Shown in pieces: positions 50,289 to 64,000 of a stretch of DNA of 64,000 bases. A model generated the notes under the pieces. It saw only the letters and a list, made by a program, of their open reading frames with translations. It had not been told where the DNA came from and ran no database searches. This DNA is from Selaginella moellendorffii (Eukaryota; Plantae; Lycopodiophyta), in the NCBI RefSeq assembly GCF_000143415.4, contig NW_003314335.1:402113-466112 (forward strand). Direction: 5' to 3'. The translations under genes and the position numbers were made by a program. Numbering within the stretch: the first letter of the stretch is position 1; each line of letters starts with the position of its first letter.

Positions 50289-51585
50289 TCAAACAGATCC
50301 ATTTTCTCCCCCTATGGACCAATACCGAGCCAGCTCGTCACCACCACGATCAAAACTCCCCTCCCCAAGCAAAACAAGACCGTGATTGTCGCCACGCATG
50401 GAACTGACACCCATCCCAGAACAAATCCGAAGGCCCCAAGTTAAATGGCCCTGGAGTGAAGCTCTTGGCGCGGAAAAATATCGGGAGTGTGTGTGCAATG
50501 TAGAGGCCGATAGATACCATAGCTTGAAAGGCAACGCTGCTTCCCAAGTACTGGAGAAATACCAAAAACCACGGTGGTGAGTCAAGCAACGAGAAATAGT
50601 AGAGGATGAGTTCCGTGACTAGCAACTCAAAAGGTATAAAGTTCTTCCATGTTTGGATCTCTTTTTTCCAATCATTTTCAAGGATGGCCTATGCTCTCAA
50701 GGGATGCTTCTGGCACACTCGCGGTGTGTGCGTTTTGCATGGCTCTTCCGGTAAGTATCCCACAGAAAAAAAATGGGCACGGCAGGCAAACTATGCTTCC
50801 GGTTCCAGTGCCGTATTTATCCTTGAAAATGGTGTAAAAGAGTTGGGCTACGGCATAACCTTTGGCGTCGTTGTTTGGATCAAGCAAGAACCCGATGTCG
50901 CTGATCGCCAAAGTGATTTCGAGAATGTAACCATCCAACGATGACGGATATAACAACGGCACTTATAATTCCAAATGCACCGTTTTTGTCTGCTGATCTG
51001 GTCTCCTCGGACTGCATGGGACGATGGTGAGGACAAATATAAACCAGAAAGCCACCATATGAGCAGAGGCATCGTATCCAATAAGTGCGTATTGGCTCAT
51101 CAAAATTCCAAGAAGAAAAATATACGGATAGCTGTGAATACCTTCGTTGTTCACTGTGTTGAAATACTTGAAAACAACCAATCAAGTTCCAGAACACGGC
51201 AAAGGTACCGAAAAAAGAGAGGATATGAATTGGCAGGCTATTTACTAGCCCGTGAAGAAACAAAAGGTCTGCATGGAATCCTATTACGACGCACTTGGAG
51301 GCATAATAGCCACGACCATTTGCACCACCAGTGCTCAGTAGTACCATCACTTGAAGGAGAGTGGCTAGAGAAAGGTCTATGCTTGTCGTCACAGGCCACT
51401 GAATTTGAAACATAAAACACACTAAAAGAGAAGAAAAGAGCGAGAGCTAGAAAGACACACCTGACCAACAATGTAAAGAAAGGTGAATGAGAGAGTAAAC
51501 GAAAGAGCTTACCAGCCAGTGATCCATGCTGCAAACGGACCCCAGTTCTCGCCAGCTAGGTTGAAGCTCCAGAATTAGAGTCCTA
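50289..51585 (-). pseudogene. BAT1 pseudogene (5'-truncated, many deletions, internal inversion)
   Basis: Collinear with 35101-36725 but with frameshifting deletions, first exon missing, and ~50608-50760 inverted. Confidence 0.9.
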
Positions 51586-52006
51586 AGAGTACCACCTATT
51601 AGCGGGATGGACTCAGGCAGAGCAAATGACTCCAGCGGTGGGATGGGATTCGCGTGCGTCGGTCTGATCGTAGCCCCACGGACCCAGCACGAGAAAGAGA
51701 CTCTTTTCGGCTCCTTCTAAGGTAGTTTTCTTAGTCCGTCGACAATTTTATATGCAGCTACCAAAGTAGGATCAAAAGTAGGTCACTGATTCTCACGTCA
51801 CCTTGCATGAGCTGTTACGATTTGGTTGCTCGGTGAGAAAGAAAAATCTGCCTGTAGCCTCAATCACATGATACTAATCAGTCCCACCTTCTTCACGTGT
51901 ATGCCTCAAGCTGCGTATAAATCTGCAACCCCTTGCAGTCGAGGAAAACATTAGCTTACAACTTGCCTTCCTGCTTTTGTATACTCTTGCATCTTGCTCT
52001 TCTAGT

Positions 52007-54979
52007 ATGGCGCTTCTCGGAGGCATAGCTGGAGCCTTGTTCCAGGATAGAGGCTCGTCTAAGATCGTCTATAAAGGCGCTGTCCTCGTCCGGAAAACTA
52101 ATGTCCTCGATGTCACCAACGTTGGAGCTTCGGTGGTGGACAATACCGCAGATCTCCTTGGTCTTGGAGTGACACTGCAATTGATCAGTAAGTATATGTT
52201 TGTCGCTGCCAAGAACATCCTCACCTTTGAGTATTGTACAGGTGCCAAGACAGGAAAGAAGAGCGATCCCGCAAACCTTGAGAAGTGGTTGTTTTCTGGA
52301 GGATTATTTGCTACGGACGATGTCAAGTACTCTGTGAAGTTTTCAGTAGATCCGGATTTCGGACTGCCTGGAGCATTTATCATCGCAAATAGTCATCCAA
52401 GTGAATTTTACCTTGTCTCTTTGACTGTCGAGATGCCTGGAGGGGGGAAGATCGTTGAGTTTCCTTGTTATTCCTGGGTTTACAATTCGAACCTCTACAG
52501 AACAGAGCGTCTGTTCTTCAGTAATCAGGTAGGCCCTGCGTGGTAAAGATCTCTGACTGTTGTATCCTGACGAATTCTTTCAGCTCTACTTGCCAAACGA
52601 GACACCGACGGGCCTGACAAATGCTCGGGAGAGTGACTTGAAAGCCCTGCAAGGCGATGGAACGGGAATTAGACAAGACTGGGATCGGATTTACGACTAC
52701 GATACTTACAACGATCTGGGAAATCCACTCCTCAACCTGCAAAGACCAACTTTGGGCGGATCGACTGATCTTCCTTATCCCCGCAGGTGTCGCACCGGTC
52801 GAATTAACATCAATGGAGGTCTGAATAAGAAGAAGAAGAAAAAAAAAACTGATTAGTGATTTTCCTGTGCAACAGTTGAAACTCTCACCTTGACCCCGTT
52901 AAACAAATTCTACATACCAAGCGACGAAAGATTCGGCGCCGTGAAGAACAGTGACTTCCTGGCCGACGGTCTCAAGGCACTGAGTCACAGCGTTCTTCCA
53001 ACTCTGGAAAGCATCATCACGTTTGACCAGACGTTTGATTCGTTCAAGGAGATAAAGGACCTGTATGACCAAGGATTTGATATATCCGAGCTTGTCACCT
53101 CACCAGTAAGGGGGATGCAAACGCCACTCGAGTTCTTCAACGAGTTCACTGCAGACACCGGCAACACCAGCTACATGAAGTACCCACTTCCGCAAATCTT
53201 AAAAGGTAATGCTCTTCAAATGCAAACTCGAAAAACATGCATCTAACATCAGGCAACTACAGTGAATGAGAAGGGATGGATGACGGACGAAGAATTTGCA
53301 AGACAAATGCTGTGTGGAGTGAATCCTATGATGATTCACTGTCTAAAGGTAAGTTCATGATACTCACAGCCATTAGCCAACTCTTGAGTTCAGGAATTTC
53401 CACCCATGAGCACTCTGGATCCTGAAAAATACGGACCATCAAAGTCCGCTATTACCGAGGAACACATCGGCAGTCAGCTAGAAGGCTCAACCGTACAACA
53501 GGTTCGTTTTTCTGAAGTACGGGTTCTAAGTTGACTCTCTAACCACGCAAATGGAAATGCAGGCAGTGAGTGACAAGAAACTGTTTATTCTCAGCTATCA
53601 CGATGAGTTCATGCCTTACCTCGACAAGATCAACTCCCAGAGATCATCTTACGCTTACGCATCCCGAGTTCTCCTGTTTTTGAAGTCGGATGGAACTCTA
53701 CGGCCCGTAGCCATCGAGCTCAGCACACCGTCTTCTCAGAGAGTCTTCGTCCCACCGGCAGCTGGAAAAACCGATTGGCTCTGGGAGCTCGCGAAAGCAC
53801 ACGCCGCCACGAACGATTCTGGATATCACCAGCTTGTCAGTCACTGGTAAGCCAAACATTTAGAGAAAGAAAACAAAAAAGCAACCCTCTCGTATCTGTT
53901 GTGAAGGCTAAGGACACATGCTTGCATCGAGCCATTCATCATCGCGACTAACAGGCAGCTGAGCAAACTTCACCCTCTAAACCCGTTCCTGCAGCCTCAC
54001 TTCAAGTACACCATGTCAATCAACTCGCAAGCGCGGCAAAGCCTCATCAATGCAGCTGGAATCATCGAGCTAACTTTCACTCCAGGAAAATACAGCATGG
54101 AGATGAGCGCTGTGGTTTACAAAGGCTGGAGATTCGACGAACAAGGCCTACCAGCAGATCTCATCAAAAGGTAACACAAACAAAACAAAACAAATTCTGG
54201 CACTGACACCACTACTCGGTTCCAGAGGGATGGCGGTCCCAGACTCCACAGCAAAGCACGGACTCAAGCTTGCAATCGAGGACTATCCATATGCCGCAGA
54301 CGGTCTTGAAATCTGGGACGCTCTGGAAAAATGGACGTCCAGTTATCTCGACGCTTGCTACAACGACGACGAAGCAGTAGCAAACGATACAGAGCTCCAG
54401 GCCTGGTGGAACGAAGTAATCAAGAAAGGCCATGCAGACAAGAAGGACGAGCCATGGTGGATCAAGCTGGACAGCAAGAAGAACCTGGCTCTAGCGCTCA
54501 CCACTATAATCTGGGTAGCGTCGGCCCATCACGCAGCCGTGAACTTTGGCCAGTATGCATACGCTGGCTACATGCCCAACCATCCCACCGCCACTCACAA
54601 GCCAATCCCGGCCGAGAACTCGGACGAACACAAGAAGCTGCTGGCAAAGCCCGAAGAATTCTTCCTCGAGACGGTCTCGAGGAAGCTGGAAGCGATCCTC
54701 GTCATGCTCACGCTCGAGATCCTCTCCTCTCACGCGTCGGACGAGGAGTACCTGGGGCAGCGCCATATCTCGAACTGGACGGATAATCCCAAGGCCATCG
54801 CCGCCTTCGAGAATTTCACCGCCGCGATGAAGAATGTGGAGGGAATCGTGGCGCGCCGCAACGCCGATCCATCACTCAAGAACAGATTGGGGCCCGTGAG
54901 CATCCCCTACACGCTGCTCTCCCCGGCATCAGAGAAAGGGATCACCGGCAAGGGCGTGCCCAACAGCATTTCCATCTGA
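52007..54979 (+). CDS. LOX: Lipoxygenase copy 2
   Basis: Same exon structure and iron ligands as copy 1, high identity including introns, ends GVPNSISI. Confidence 0.96.
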
Positions 54980-57393
54980 GATATAAACCCTAAGGATATA
55001 TACAATATGTACAATACAAGGATATATATAATATCTATATATATAAGAATGAAGGGCCCAGACCCCGCAGCCGTCCGATCCCAGGCTCGGGGCAGCCTCG
55101 GAAGCAATGGTTCTCTGGAAGAGGCCAGGGCCAGTAGCCATGGTTTGTGGGCATATTGGCTCAATGTTGTGGTGGCTAATGGGCAGTATGCAGATGTGGC
55201 CAGGAAGGGAAGAGGGCGTGGTGATAATTGTTACACCATGCACTCCTAGGGTTCCATGGCTGCTTTGCCTGCAGTTGTGTGAGCAGCACCACAGGCAGGG
55301 CTGATGAGGGAGTGCACCAGTGATGTTTTGTTAATTGCACACGTTTGGCACTGATAAACAGAATCAATTTCCTTATTCTTGATGCAGTGAAAGAGTTGGT
55401 GCAGATTTGCTGTCTACGAGGTGGTGGAGAGATTCTGATTTCTCAGTCTTAGTCATAGTCACTAGGGTATTCACCTGTGTCTGCTTGGAGATGAGGCCAA
55501 GTTACTTTCCTTCAGGTGGAGAAGCTATGCTTAAATGACTTGCTCTGCCCATGCTGCGTGTGCACTAGCAATGAAGTGCTGCACTATGTTTAAATTCTAG
55601 AGCTGACTAGTGCTATGGCAGCGGGTGTGGGTGATGCAAAGTATGGAGGTGTCTGCACAGCACGGTTCATGGCACACTCTATCACATCCACCTTTGCAAC
55701 AACAGTGGCTACAAGTAAGTGATCCCTTTCTTTCTCAACACTTCCTTTCCTAGGCTAACTTGATTTCTACTACTAGATCATTTAAATACCACACTAATCA
55801 TCCTCTACAATTTGGGAAAGGATGAAACTGTTAAGTTTTTCAGTGAGACGTGCCAGTGTGCCCTGAACAATACTAAGATACATTTAGAGCTTGCACATCT
55901 GGATGTATGGAATCAAGAGGCTCAAATCATTTCAAGCTCCTGGTGATAGACTGCACAGAATTGCCCTTTTACCATGGCTCCTCCTTTGTCTTTGCAGCCA
56001 CAAAGCTTCCACCACCCCAAGCAGCAGATGACGGCCCCTAAGGACAGGCCCAGGAGCTTGTGCCGCTTGAGCACGGGGATGTTCACAGTTCAGTTGTCAG
56101 AGTGCTCATCACAAACTGTACTCCTAGGCGCACAAGAATTCCTACTCCACGCAGCTCAATTGGTTAGTATTGCTCCAGGCCACAAATCATTCTTCATGGC
56201 AACCAAGACATGCTGCAAGAGAGCTCACATCCTAGATTGATGAATGGCTGGGCTACTCCAGATGTGGCTAGTTTTCCAGTGATCAGGTGGATATTTTGTA
56301 GGGTGGCTGAATCATCCAATCTCTTTGTCTCCAGGGCATTTCTCATGGGATCTTCCAGGGCATTCTCTCCAGGCATGCAGTGGGTGTGCAGCAAGCTCAC
56401 ATTCATGGTGCATGGCAATCCATGCAATATCAATGGTGCTCAAGGGATTTGTTCAAGGGACTGGCATGGGTGTTCAAAGTAGTCATATATGCATATTCTA
56501 AGATCCCTAAGTTAGTTTTTCCTATTTTACTTACGTTTTTCCTGAAGCTGTTCCAAATGTGTATCTTGCAATCTTGAGAAAAGTAAAAAACTCTTTCTTT
56601 ATTTCTCACATAACTCTTCCATATTGCATCAGCAGACTTTAAAGTTGTGCATCATCCTGGTCCATTCAAGTTCTTGAGGCTTGGAGTTCCAGGTAAAGCA
56701 GACTAAGTAGTTCTGTCTAGGTCACAAGATTAAGAAATTTGCTAGGTTGATGGAATTCCAGTTCTGTTTGGGAAGACTCCTCCACTTGGCAATGGTGGAT
56801 CTATTTTTTGTTAGGCTTTCTCTCTTTGGTTCCATCCTTCCATGGTAAAAAATGTTGTGTTATTCTTATTGTACTTTAGTGTGTTTGGTATTGTTTAGCA
56901 GCAGTATAGTAAATAGGATTGCAACAATCTCTTCACAGCTCTAGCAGCTAGGATTACTAATTTTTATTTGTGATTTTTTGGGCGAGAAAAAATAACACTC
57001 ATATGATTTAAATATTTTCAAAGACTTTGCCAATTGGGCAGTATCAATAGTTGCAGATCTTGCTGGGTCCATGAATACCAAGAGATTACCACCAGGATTC
57101 ATGTAATTCTTGCTCTAGGAACATGCTATTGCTAATGAAGATTTTTACTTGGTTTATAAAGAATTAGTTATAAAAAGTTTTAGGTACAATAAGTCTGAAG
57201 ATGTTTACTTGTCTGTTATATGGAGACATCCTAATGATGGCTTGTTTATGTCTAGATATCATTAAACATATGGAACCCAACACTAGGTGATGGTATATTA
57301 AGGATATTACCACTCAATTGATTAAATTTGAATTTGCTATAAGCATGATTAAAGCTCTAATTATTAATAAAAACAAATTAAACAACTTAATAG

Positions 57394-60300
57394 TGTGAGT
57401 GCATGGAATATAGAAAGGGACTATAGAAAATGTGCATATCAATTAGCCTTAAAACCCTAACTTATATACATGAGTGAGTGGTCCAAATTAAAATTAATCT
57501 AACAGCTACCAAAATCCCACTATGCTAATATTGATATATGGCATCATAGCCATACACTTGGACCTCACATCACTCTTGGAATAATGGAAGACCATTATGG
57601 TTCTTTCGTAAATGGCCCGGGATCTGGAGGAACATCAAAAGGAAATATTAGTGGATCTGTAGGTGATACTAATTGTTCTTGATCCCTTTATATGAAGTGT
57701 TTTAACTACTACACATGTATAATTTTTGGAAGATTGGCTTGTTAGATGTTATGCCGAACCTCATAAACTTGTGGTCCAACTTGCCATAACACCTGATACG
57801 GTCCTTTCCACTGAGCAAGGAGCCTCTTAGATAAACCACATACCTTAAGATGGGGAAAACAAATTAACACCAAGTCATCCACTTTGTACTTTATAGGTGG
57901 ATGATGATGAGAGTTGTAGCACTGTTGTTGTCCCACTTGTACACAACTTAAGTGTTCGGCAGATTCAACTTGGACAAGTGAAAGAATGTTCATCAAATAC
58001 TAATCCCGTGACTTAACATCGACAAGTCGTAACAATCGCATAAGTAAACCCAACTCCATTAGTAATATTGGATCATGACCATATAGGAGCTTATATGGTG
58101 AAGCATCAATAGAACTCTACACCCCTATGATATATGCATACTGAAAAGACAGCAAATAACCATCATAATCCAAATGCACGTATTTTGTGATCATCCCTTT
58201 GAATGTTTGAATAAGCCATTCCACCAAACTGTCTGACTATGGATGATAAGTATTTGTGAAAGTGTGGTATATCCCCAATCAAGAAGTGCCTCAGCCATAA
58301 ACACAGGACCATTATATAAAAGAATCTGCTCTGGACAAAAATGTTAAAACACCTCAATTGATGGACAAAAATGTTAAAACATCACTCAATTGAGGAGGAA
58401 GTATTTAACAATAGTTGTAGAGGTGCTAGCAAAAGCACCAACTTCCACCTAGCAAATTAAATAATTAGAATCAATAATAACATAATAGTTAATCATAGAA
58501 AAGTTCTTATAAGATCAAATGCTACCAACTCAAATGGATAGGAAATTACAATTGACTCCAACCGTCCTTCCGTAGCACAAAGGGGAGTATTACGAGTTTG
58601 GCTCCAGATGTAGCTATACACATATTGGATAACATTATGTCACATCTTCAACTAATAGAAAAACCTGTGCATCTTCTCAATTATATGACAATGTCCCATA
58701 TACCCACCTAAAACAAAAGAATCATGGTAGGTATAGAGAAACCGGGGAACAAAGATTGAAGGCACCACCAGCTGTAATGATTATTAAAAACTATCCTTAC
58801 AAAATAATGAAGGCTATTTTCAAGGCAATATTAAAAATGTAAATGCTAGAATGGTAAGTCATTAGTTAGTGATGCAAGATTCTCAAATCCATCTTGAAGC
58901 CTTTGAATCCACGACTCAATCTTTTGAGCCTTGCGAACCTCATCAAAAGAAGGTAAATCCTGCTCTACACCTTGTGGACATTGAAAATCAAGTATAACAA
59001 CTGCTAATGATACAGAATCCTCATATAGAAAATCCATATTTGCTGGAATAATAGGTTTGTTAAAAACGTGAGAAAAGAACAAAGAAGGAAGAGGAGTTCA
59101 GAAAGGGCATCAACATTAGTTATAGAACTTTCCAGGTGATGAATAACATCAGAATCATATATCTAAAGCTTAAAAACCCACTAAGCAATACGACCAACCA
59201 AGTTCTTTCACTTTAATGATGAAGTAACGGCAATATAATCACCTCCCAATAACATCTGAGAACCATGGAGATATGCATGAAGTTTCTTGAAACCCTAGAT
59301 TGCTGTTAAACACTCTTTCTCTGTCGTGGAGTAGTTCACCTTTGCTAGTTGTAATGTACAACTTATATATACAATAGGATGGCATTGATTAGGCACACTC
59401 AAGCTCTCTTGCATCAACACACCTCTAAAACCAATATCAAAAGCATCCACACGCAAAATAAAAGGTCAAGTGTAGTCAGGATACGCCAAAACCGGAGGAG
59501 TCATCAAAAGCTCTTTGAAATCCATGAACACCTACTCACAGTTTGTAGACCAGATGAAAAAGTCACTAGACAATTGTTCAAACCAAACGGCATCACCAAG
59601 AACTCGTACAAACTAAATAGTATATGAAAAACAGTCTTAGGTATATCATTTTCAGGCATTGATACTTGCCAGTACCTAGAAACAAGATTTAACTTGGTGA
59701 ACCAACTTTTCCCTGGATAATCCAAGAGATCAAAAGTGTGAGGAAGAAGGTACACATCCAGGATCTTATAATCGATGCAAAAATGAATACTCCCATTAGG
59801 CTTTGTCACAAGATAAAGTTCACATGCCTAAGGACTCCACAACTTTTGAATAACACCCTTTTCCAACATCTTCTTTATGTTTGCATATGATCTTTTTGGG
59901 TGACTGATGACGAACAGGAACCTTGATTAGACAAACATCCCCAGTTAGAATCAAATGACGTGTGGCAATCTTCACCTCAGATGATAGGTTAAATTGGCAT
60001 ACTCCTTCATTAGTTAGTTAACTATTGCAACACAAAGACTATCAAAGGGATCAAAAAAGGGAAAAATGGAACAAGATGGAAATATAAGAGGAAGTAATGG
60101 TGAAACAAAAGTAATGGAAGCAAAGGTAGAAGCAGAGGGACAAAGAGGTACAAAAAAAAAAGGAATGGATGAAATATAAAGAAGTATGAGACAAGAAGGA
60201 GAAGTTTGAAGGTCACATTTGGCATCATTGTGCTACAACTAATCTATACCAAGAATAAAGTCAAAAGCTTAATTCGGCACCACCCGCAATAATTGCAATC

Positions 60301-61569
60301 CAAGCTCAAGATCACCTACATATACAACTAAGTCCACCTCATCCCATACATATGTATGTGTATGGCCGTTGCCATAAAGAATGAAAATTGACTTTGTTGC
60401 ACAACACAAATGTAGACGGCAATATATGGCATCAAGTTGAGTAATAGAAGATAAACTCAAATTTGTATCAACTAACACAAAGAGAATAATAAGAGACCTC
60501 TTGTTATAAAAACGAGCTTAGAAAGTAAACACTAGATGAACTAGTGCCAAGTGAACCCCTTGATAATACTCCCGAAAAAAAAATAGAGAGGTCACTGACT
60601 TATTTACGCAAGGTCCCTTTGTTACTTGCATGACTCATCATTTCCTAAATGCATCTCAGGTGCATCTCTCGCAACAACACTAATAAGACATTATTGACGC
60701 CAAGGTCTCCACCCAGGAAATGGAGGCCACCAATTTAGAAAACGTCAATAATGCTGATAAGTGTGATTAACTTTATCATACGCTCAGCAATGAACATCAC
60801 GGCCACAATCACGTCCTCACCTTTATCTTTAATCTCGAGCAGCAACAGCATCAACCTCTATTGGAATAGGACCATCTCCCATATGAAGTAGAGCTGAAGG
60901 ACGTGTAGCAAGAAGTGGAAGAGACGACGTCTTATAACAGCATCATCCCAAGAATTATATGTGGCAATCACCATGAAATGATCGAATCAATAATACACAT
61001 CATCCCTAGGATTCTTATGAAAGAACTTTGACCAAATGCAAGGATTGGCACCAAAAGCAGGAGGAGCTATACCATATGCCGTGAATGCTGCCATCAATTG
61101 AGTTTGGTTGTTTAACTGCAATCGCATAGCATTAAATAATTGCACCAACTACTACTCTAGAGTCAAAGGAGGAGGAGATTGTTATTTTGCCATGAAGATG
61201 AATGAAAAGGAAAAAATAAAAAGAAAGAAAAGAGATCTAGACAATGGAAAAGCTAAATTTAAACAAAGGAAAAAACAAAAGAAAAAAAAACGGAAAAAGC
61301 TAAATCTAGACAATGCAAAAGCTAGATTTAAACTAAAATCCTAAATCTAAACATTCCTTAGGGACAATAAAAAATGCCTCTCACCTCCACCAATGTGAGT
61401 GTATGGAATATAAAAAAGGAATACAGAAGATGTACATATTAATTAACCCAAAAACGTTAGTTTATATATGGGAGCAAATGGTCCAAATTAAAACCAATTT
61501 AACAGCTACCAAAATCCCATTATGCTAATATTATTATATGGCATTGTAGCCGTACACTTGGATCTCACA
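57394..61569 (-). mobile_element. Ty3/gypsy family A copy 3, two-LTR element (4176 bp), decayed coding region
   Basis: 176-bp LTRs 57394-57569 and 61394-61569 with TGTGAG..CTCACA termini, PBS TGGTGGAGGTG (61382-61392), RT (FCIDY, YEFLVMPFGLNN), INT C-terminal WKGPY; flanks ATAG/ACAG. Confidence 0.9.
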
Positions 61570-62115
61570 ACAGTATTATTTTAAAATATTTTTTCTAAGT
61601 ACAAATATATTAATACTATGGAATATAAGATTTGAATTTACTTATATATAATATATGTTTATACATTTTCTTAGTAATTATTTTTTTAACTGAAATAAAT
61701 TATTAATGATTATTGTTAGTCAATATTCTCTTACTTTTGTTTGATAAAATCTTAATGTATCATTTAATTAATATTAAAAATTCCATTTTTACTTTTTTCT
61801 GTGTCAAGTATTGTTCTAAATATGTTCATATTTCCATCTAATTTTTTGTATTAATAAATACTTATTCTTACTCATATATTTATAATATCAAATTCACAAG
61901 AGCAAAATTTTTTATATAAAATCACCCAGCATTTGCTGGGCAATACTAGTATATAATATTTGTAATTCAAGTATAAACGTTGATAAGAATATGCGAAATA
62001 GATCCTCTAAAAGTATCTTTCATAGTCCAAAAATTTCTAGAGGGATAAGCTCGAATGTGACAATAAAGAAGCTTCTTTAGGGCTCGCTCCTTTTGAATTA
62101 TTTCCCCCTCTCACG

Positions 62116-64000
62116 ATGGCGATGGCAGCGATGGTCTGGGCGCTCGCTCCATTGGTGATTTTACTCATCCATCCCGCCGTTTGCTCGCGCCTGATTCTAT
62201 CGCCGCTCACGCTCCACAATGGTCTCGGCAAGACGCCGCCAATGGGGTAAGCGCAGGATTGTCTTTAGACGCAAAGAATGTGATGTATTTGCACAGATGG
62301 AATAGCTGGAACCATTTCGGATGCAACATCGATGAATTGACCGTCAAAGAAACTGGTATGTGTTTTCGTTGCGATTTTTCCAAGCTCACCTCCTACGCAT
62401 CCAGCCGAGGCGCTGGTCTCGACTGGCCTGGCTGCATTGGGATACAATTACTTGAATGTTGGTAAGTTATTTTTGTTCCATTTTTTTTCTTTGGTTGTTT
62501 GATCACAGGCTTGTTTTCTGGTTTCTGGCAGACGATTGCTGGGCCGAGATGAAGCGAGGCTCTGAAGTAAATCTGTTTTGAGTGTACACGGCCGGGCAAT
62601 GGTCAGTGAATTGTAACGCGACATTTTGTTTCTCAGGGCGAACTTACTGCTCGAGCAGCAACTTTCCCATCTGGCATCAAGGCCCTGGCGGATTTTGTTC
62701 ACGAGAAAGGTCTCAAGTTTGGGATTTATTCCGACGCCGGGTAAGCTGCTGAACTGGTCGATGCATTAATTTTCTTTGTTACTTGTTCAAGGTACTTTAC
62801 GTGTGAGAAGCAGCCTGGATCTCTTGGATACGAGGAACAAGACGCTGAAACCTTCGCCTCATGGGTAAGCTTGAGCACAAGTTTTTCGTTTTAAGCGTTT
62901 GTTTTCTTTAGGGAATCGATTATCTCAAGTATGATAACTGCTTCACAGATGGAAGTAAGCCTGAGTTGAGGTAAGAACTCTTTTGAATTCTTGGTTTCTC
63001 TTGTTCATTTTCTGTATCAGGTATCCAATCATGCAGGAAGCTCTCGCCAAGACGGGTCGTAAGATATTCTTCTCCATCTGCGAATGGTGGAAGTTTTTCT
63101 CGTTCTCTTCCTTCTTTTCGTGTTTTGTTTACGCTTATCTTTTTGCAGGGGCGTCGACGACCCCGCAGAATGGGCGCCTGACGTTGGAAATAGCTGGCGT
63201 ACTACCGGTGACATCACTGATACCTGGAAAAGGTATTCTCTTTCCTTGTTTCACAGCTCTGATCTTTGCACAGCATGACAACTATTGCCGATTTAAATGA
63301 TCGCTGGGCTTCGTTTGCTGGACCCGGCGGCTGGAATGGTGATTTCATTTCCCGCGTTTCCCACTTTTCTTTTCACGAATTCTGCGTAACTTGCAGATCC
63401 AGACATGCTTGAAGTTGGAAACGGCGGAATGACCATTGACGAATATCGCTCACACTTCAGCATATGGGCATTGATGAAGGTTTCACTTACTTGTTTATTT
63501 CCAGTCACTGAGATTGTTTAGCTCGCAGGCACCATTGATTCTCGGCTGTGATCTCCGAGATATGAGCAATGACACGCTAGAGATCATTACCAACAAGGAG
63601 GTTATAAGTGTAAATCAAGGTAGTCTGTTTGTTTTGATTCAGATGCCTGTTTGTTTTTATAAGAGCCCTGTCTTTAGATTCATTGGGAATTCAAGGGAGA
63701 AAAGTTTGTAAGAAAGGACCTGAAGAATGCCACGAGGTAATCTTTGTTTGTCTTGGATTATCACTCCTCAATTCTCGTAGTTTCTGCCAGATCTGGGCCG
63801 GTCCACTCTCTCTTAAGCGAACAGCGGTAGTGATCTGGAACAGGTGCGAGGAGGATGCCGATATCGAGGTGTCATGGCAAGAGATCTCATTGCATCCATC
63901 CACTAGAGTGACAATACGAGACTTGTGGAAGGTAATTTTCAAGCTTGATGAGTATCACCACTTCTTACTGCCTTGCAGCACGAGTACTGGAGTGGTGTTT
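62116..64000 (+). CDS. Alpha-galactosidase (GH27), runs past window end
   Basis: Signal peptide, [10 protein letters not shown]|[54 protein letters not shown]. Confidence 0.95.

Noticed and set aside
55050-57390. Moderately GC-rich, CpG-poor region after LOX2
   Set aside because: Probably a decayed TE or pseudogene, but no motif could be assigned by eye
8218-64000. GolS + alpha-galactosidase as a raffinose-pathway gene cluster
   Set aside because: About 53 kb apart with many unrelated genes between; probably chance

Overview
Compact plant nuclear DNA with very short (~45-65 bp) GT-AG introns and GC-rich genes alternating with AT-rich transposon graveyards. The organisation and gene content suggest a lycophyte such as Selaginella (inference, not verified). 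Recognisable genes: dual-specificity phosphatase, galactinol synthase, pTAC2 PPR-SMR, O-fucosyltransferase, RS-type SR splicing factor, tRNA-Phe, KELP, HMA1 P1B-ATPase, BAT1-like permease, two near-identical lipoxygenases in a tandem [BAT1<-->LOX] duplication, and the 5' part of a GH27 alpha-galactosidase. Manual splicing reveals two genes the ORF track shows only in pieces: a secreted cyanovirin-N (CVNH) lectin and an AT-rich, apparently intact 3-exon gene (unknown domain + bulb-type lectin) buried among TE relics. Mobile DNA includes a Ty3/gypsy family with a tRNA-Ala-type PBS (3 copies, one with three nested insertions confirmed by empty sites), a 5S-rRNA-bearing Cassandra TRIM and a decayed solo LTR of it, a second TRIM, a MITE, an L1-like LINE, and a degenerate 28S rDNA fragment spanning the R2 target site next to a relic with R2-like motifs. 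Repeats decay almost entirely by C>T/G>A changes. All alignments and translations were done by eye.
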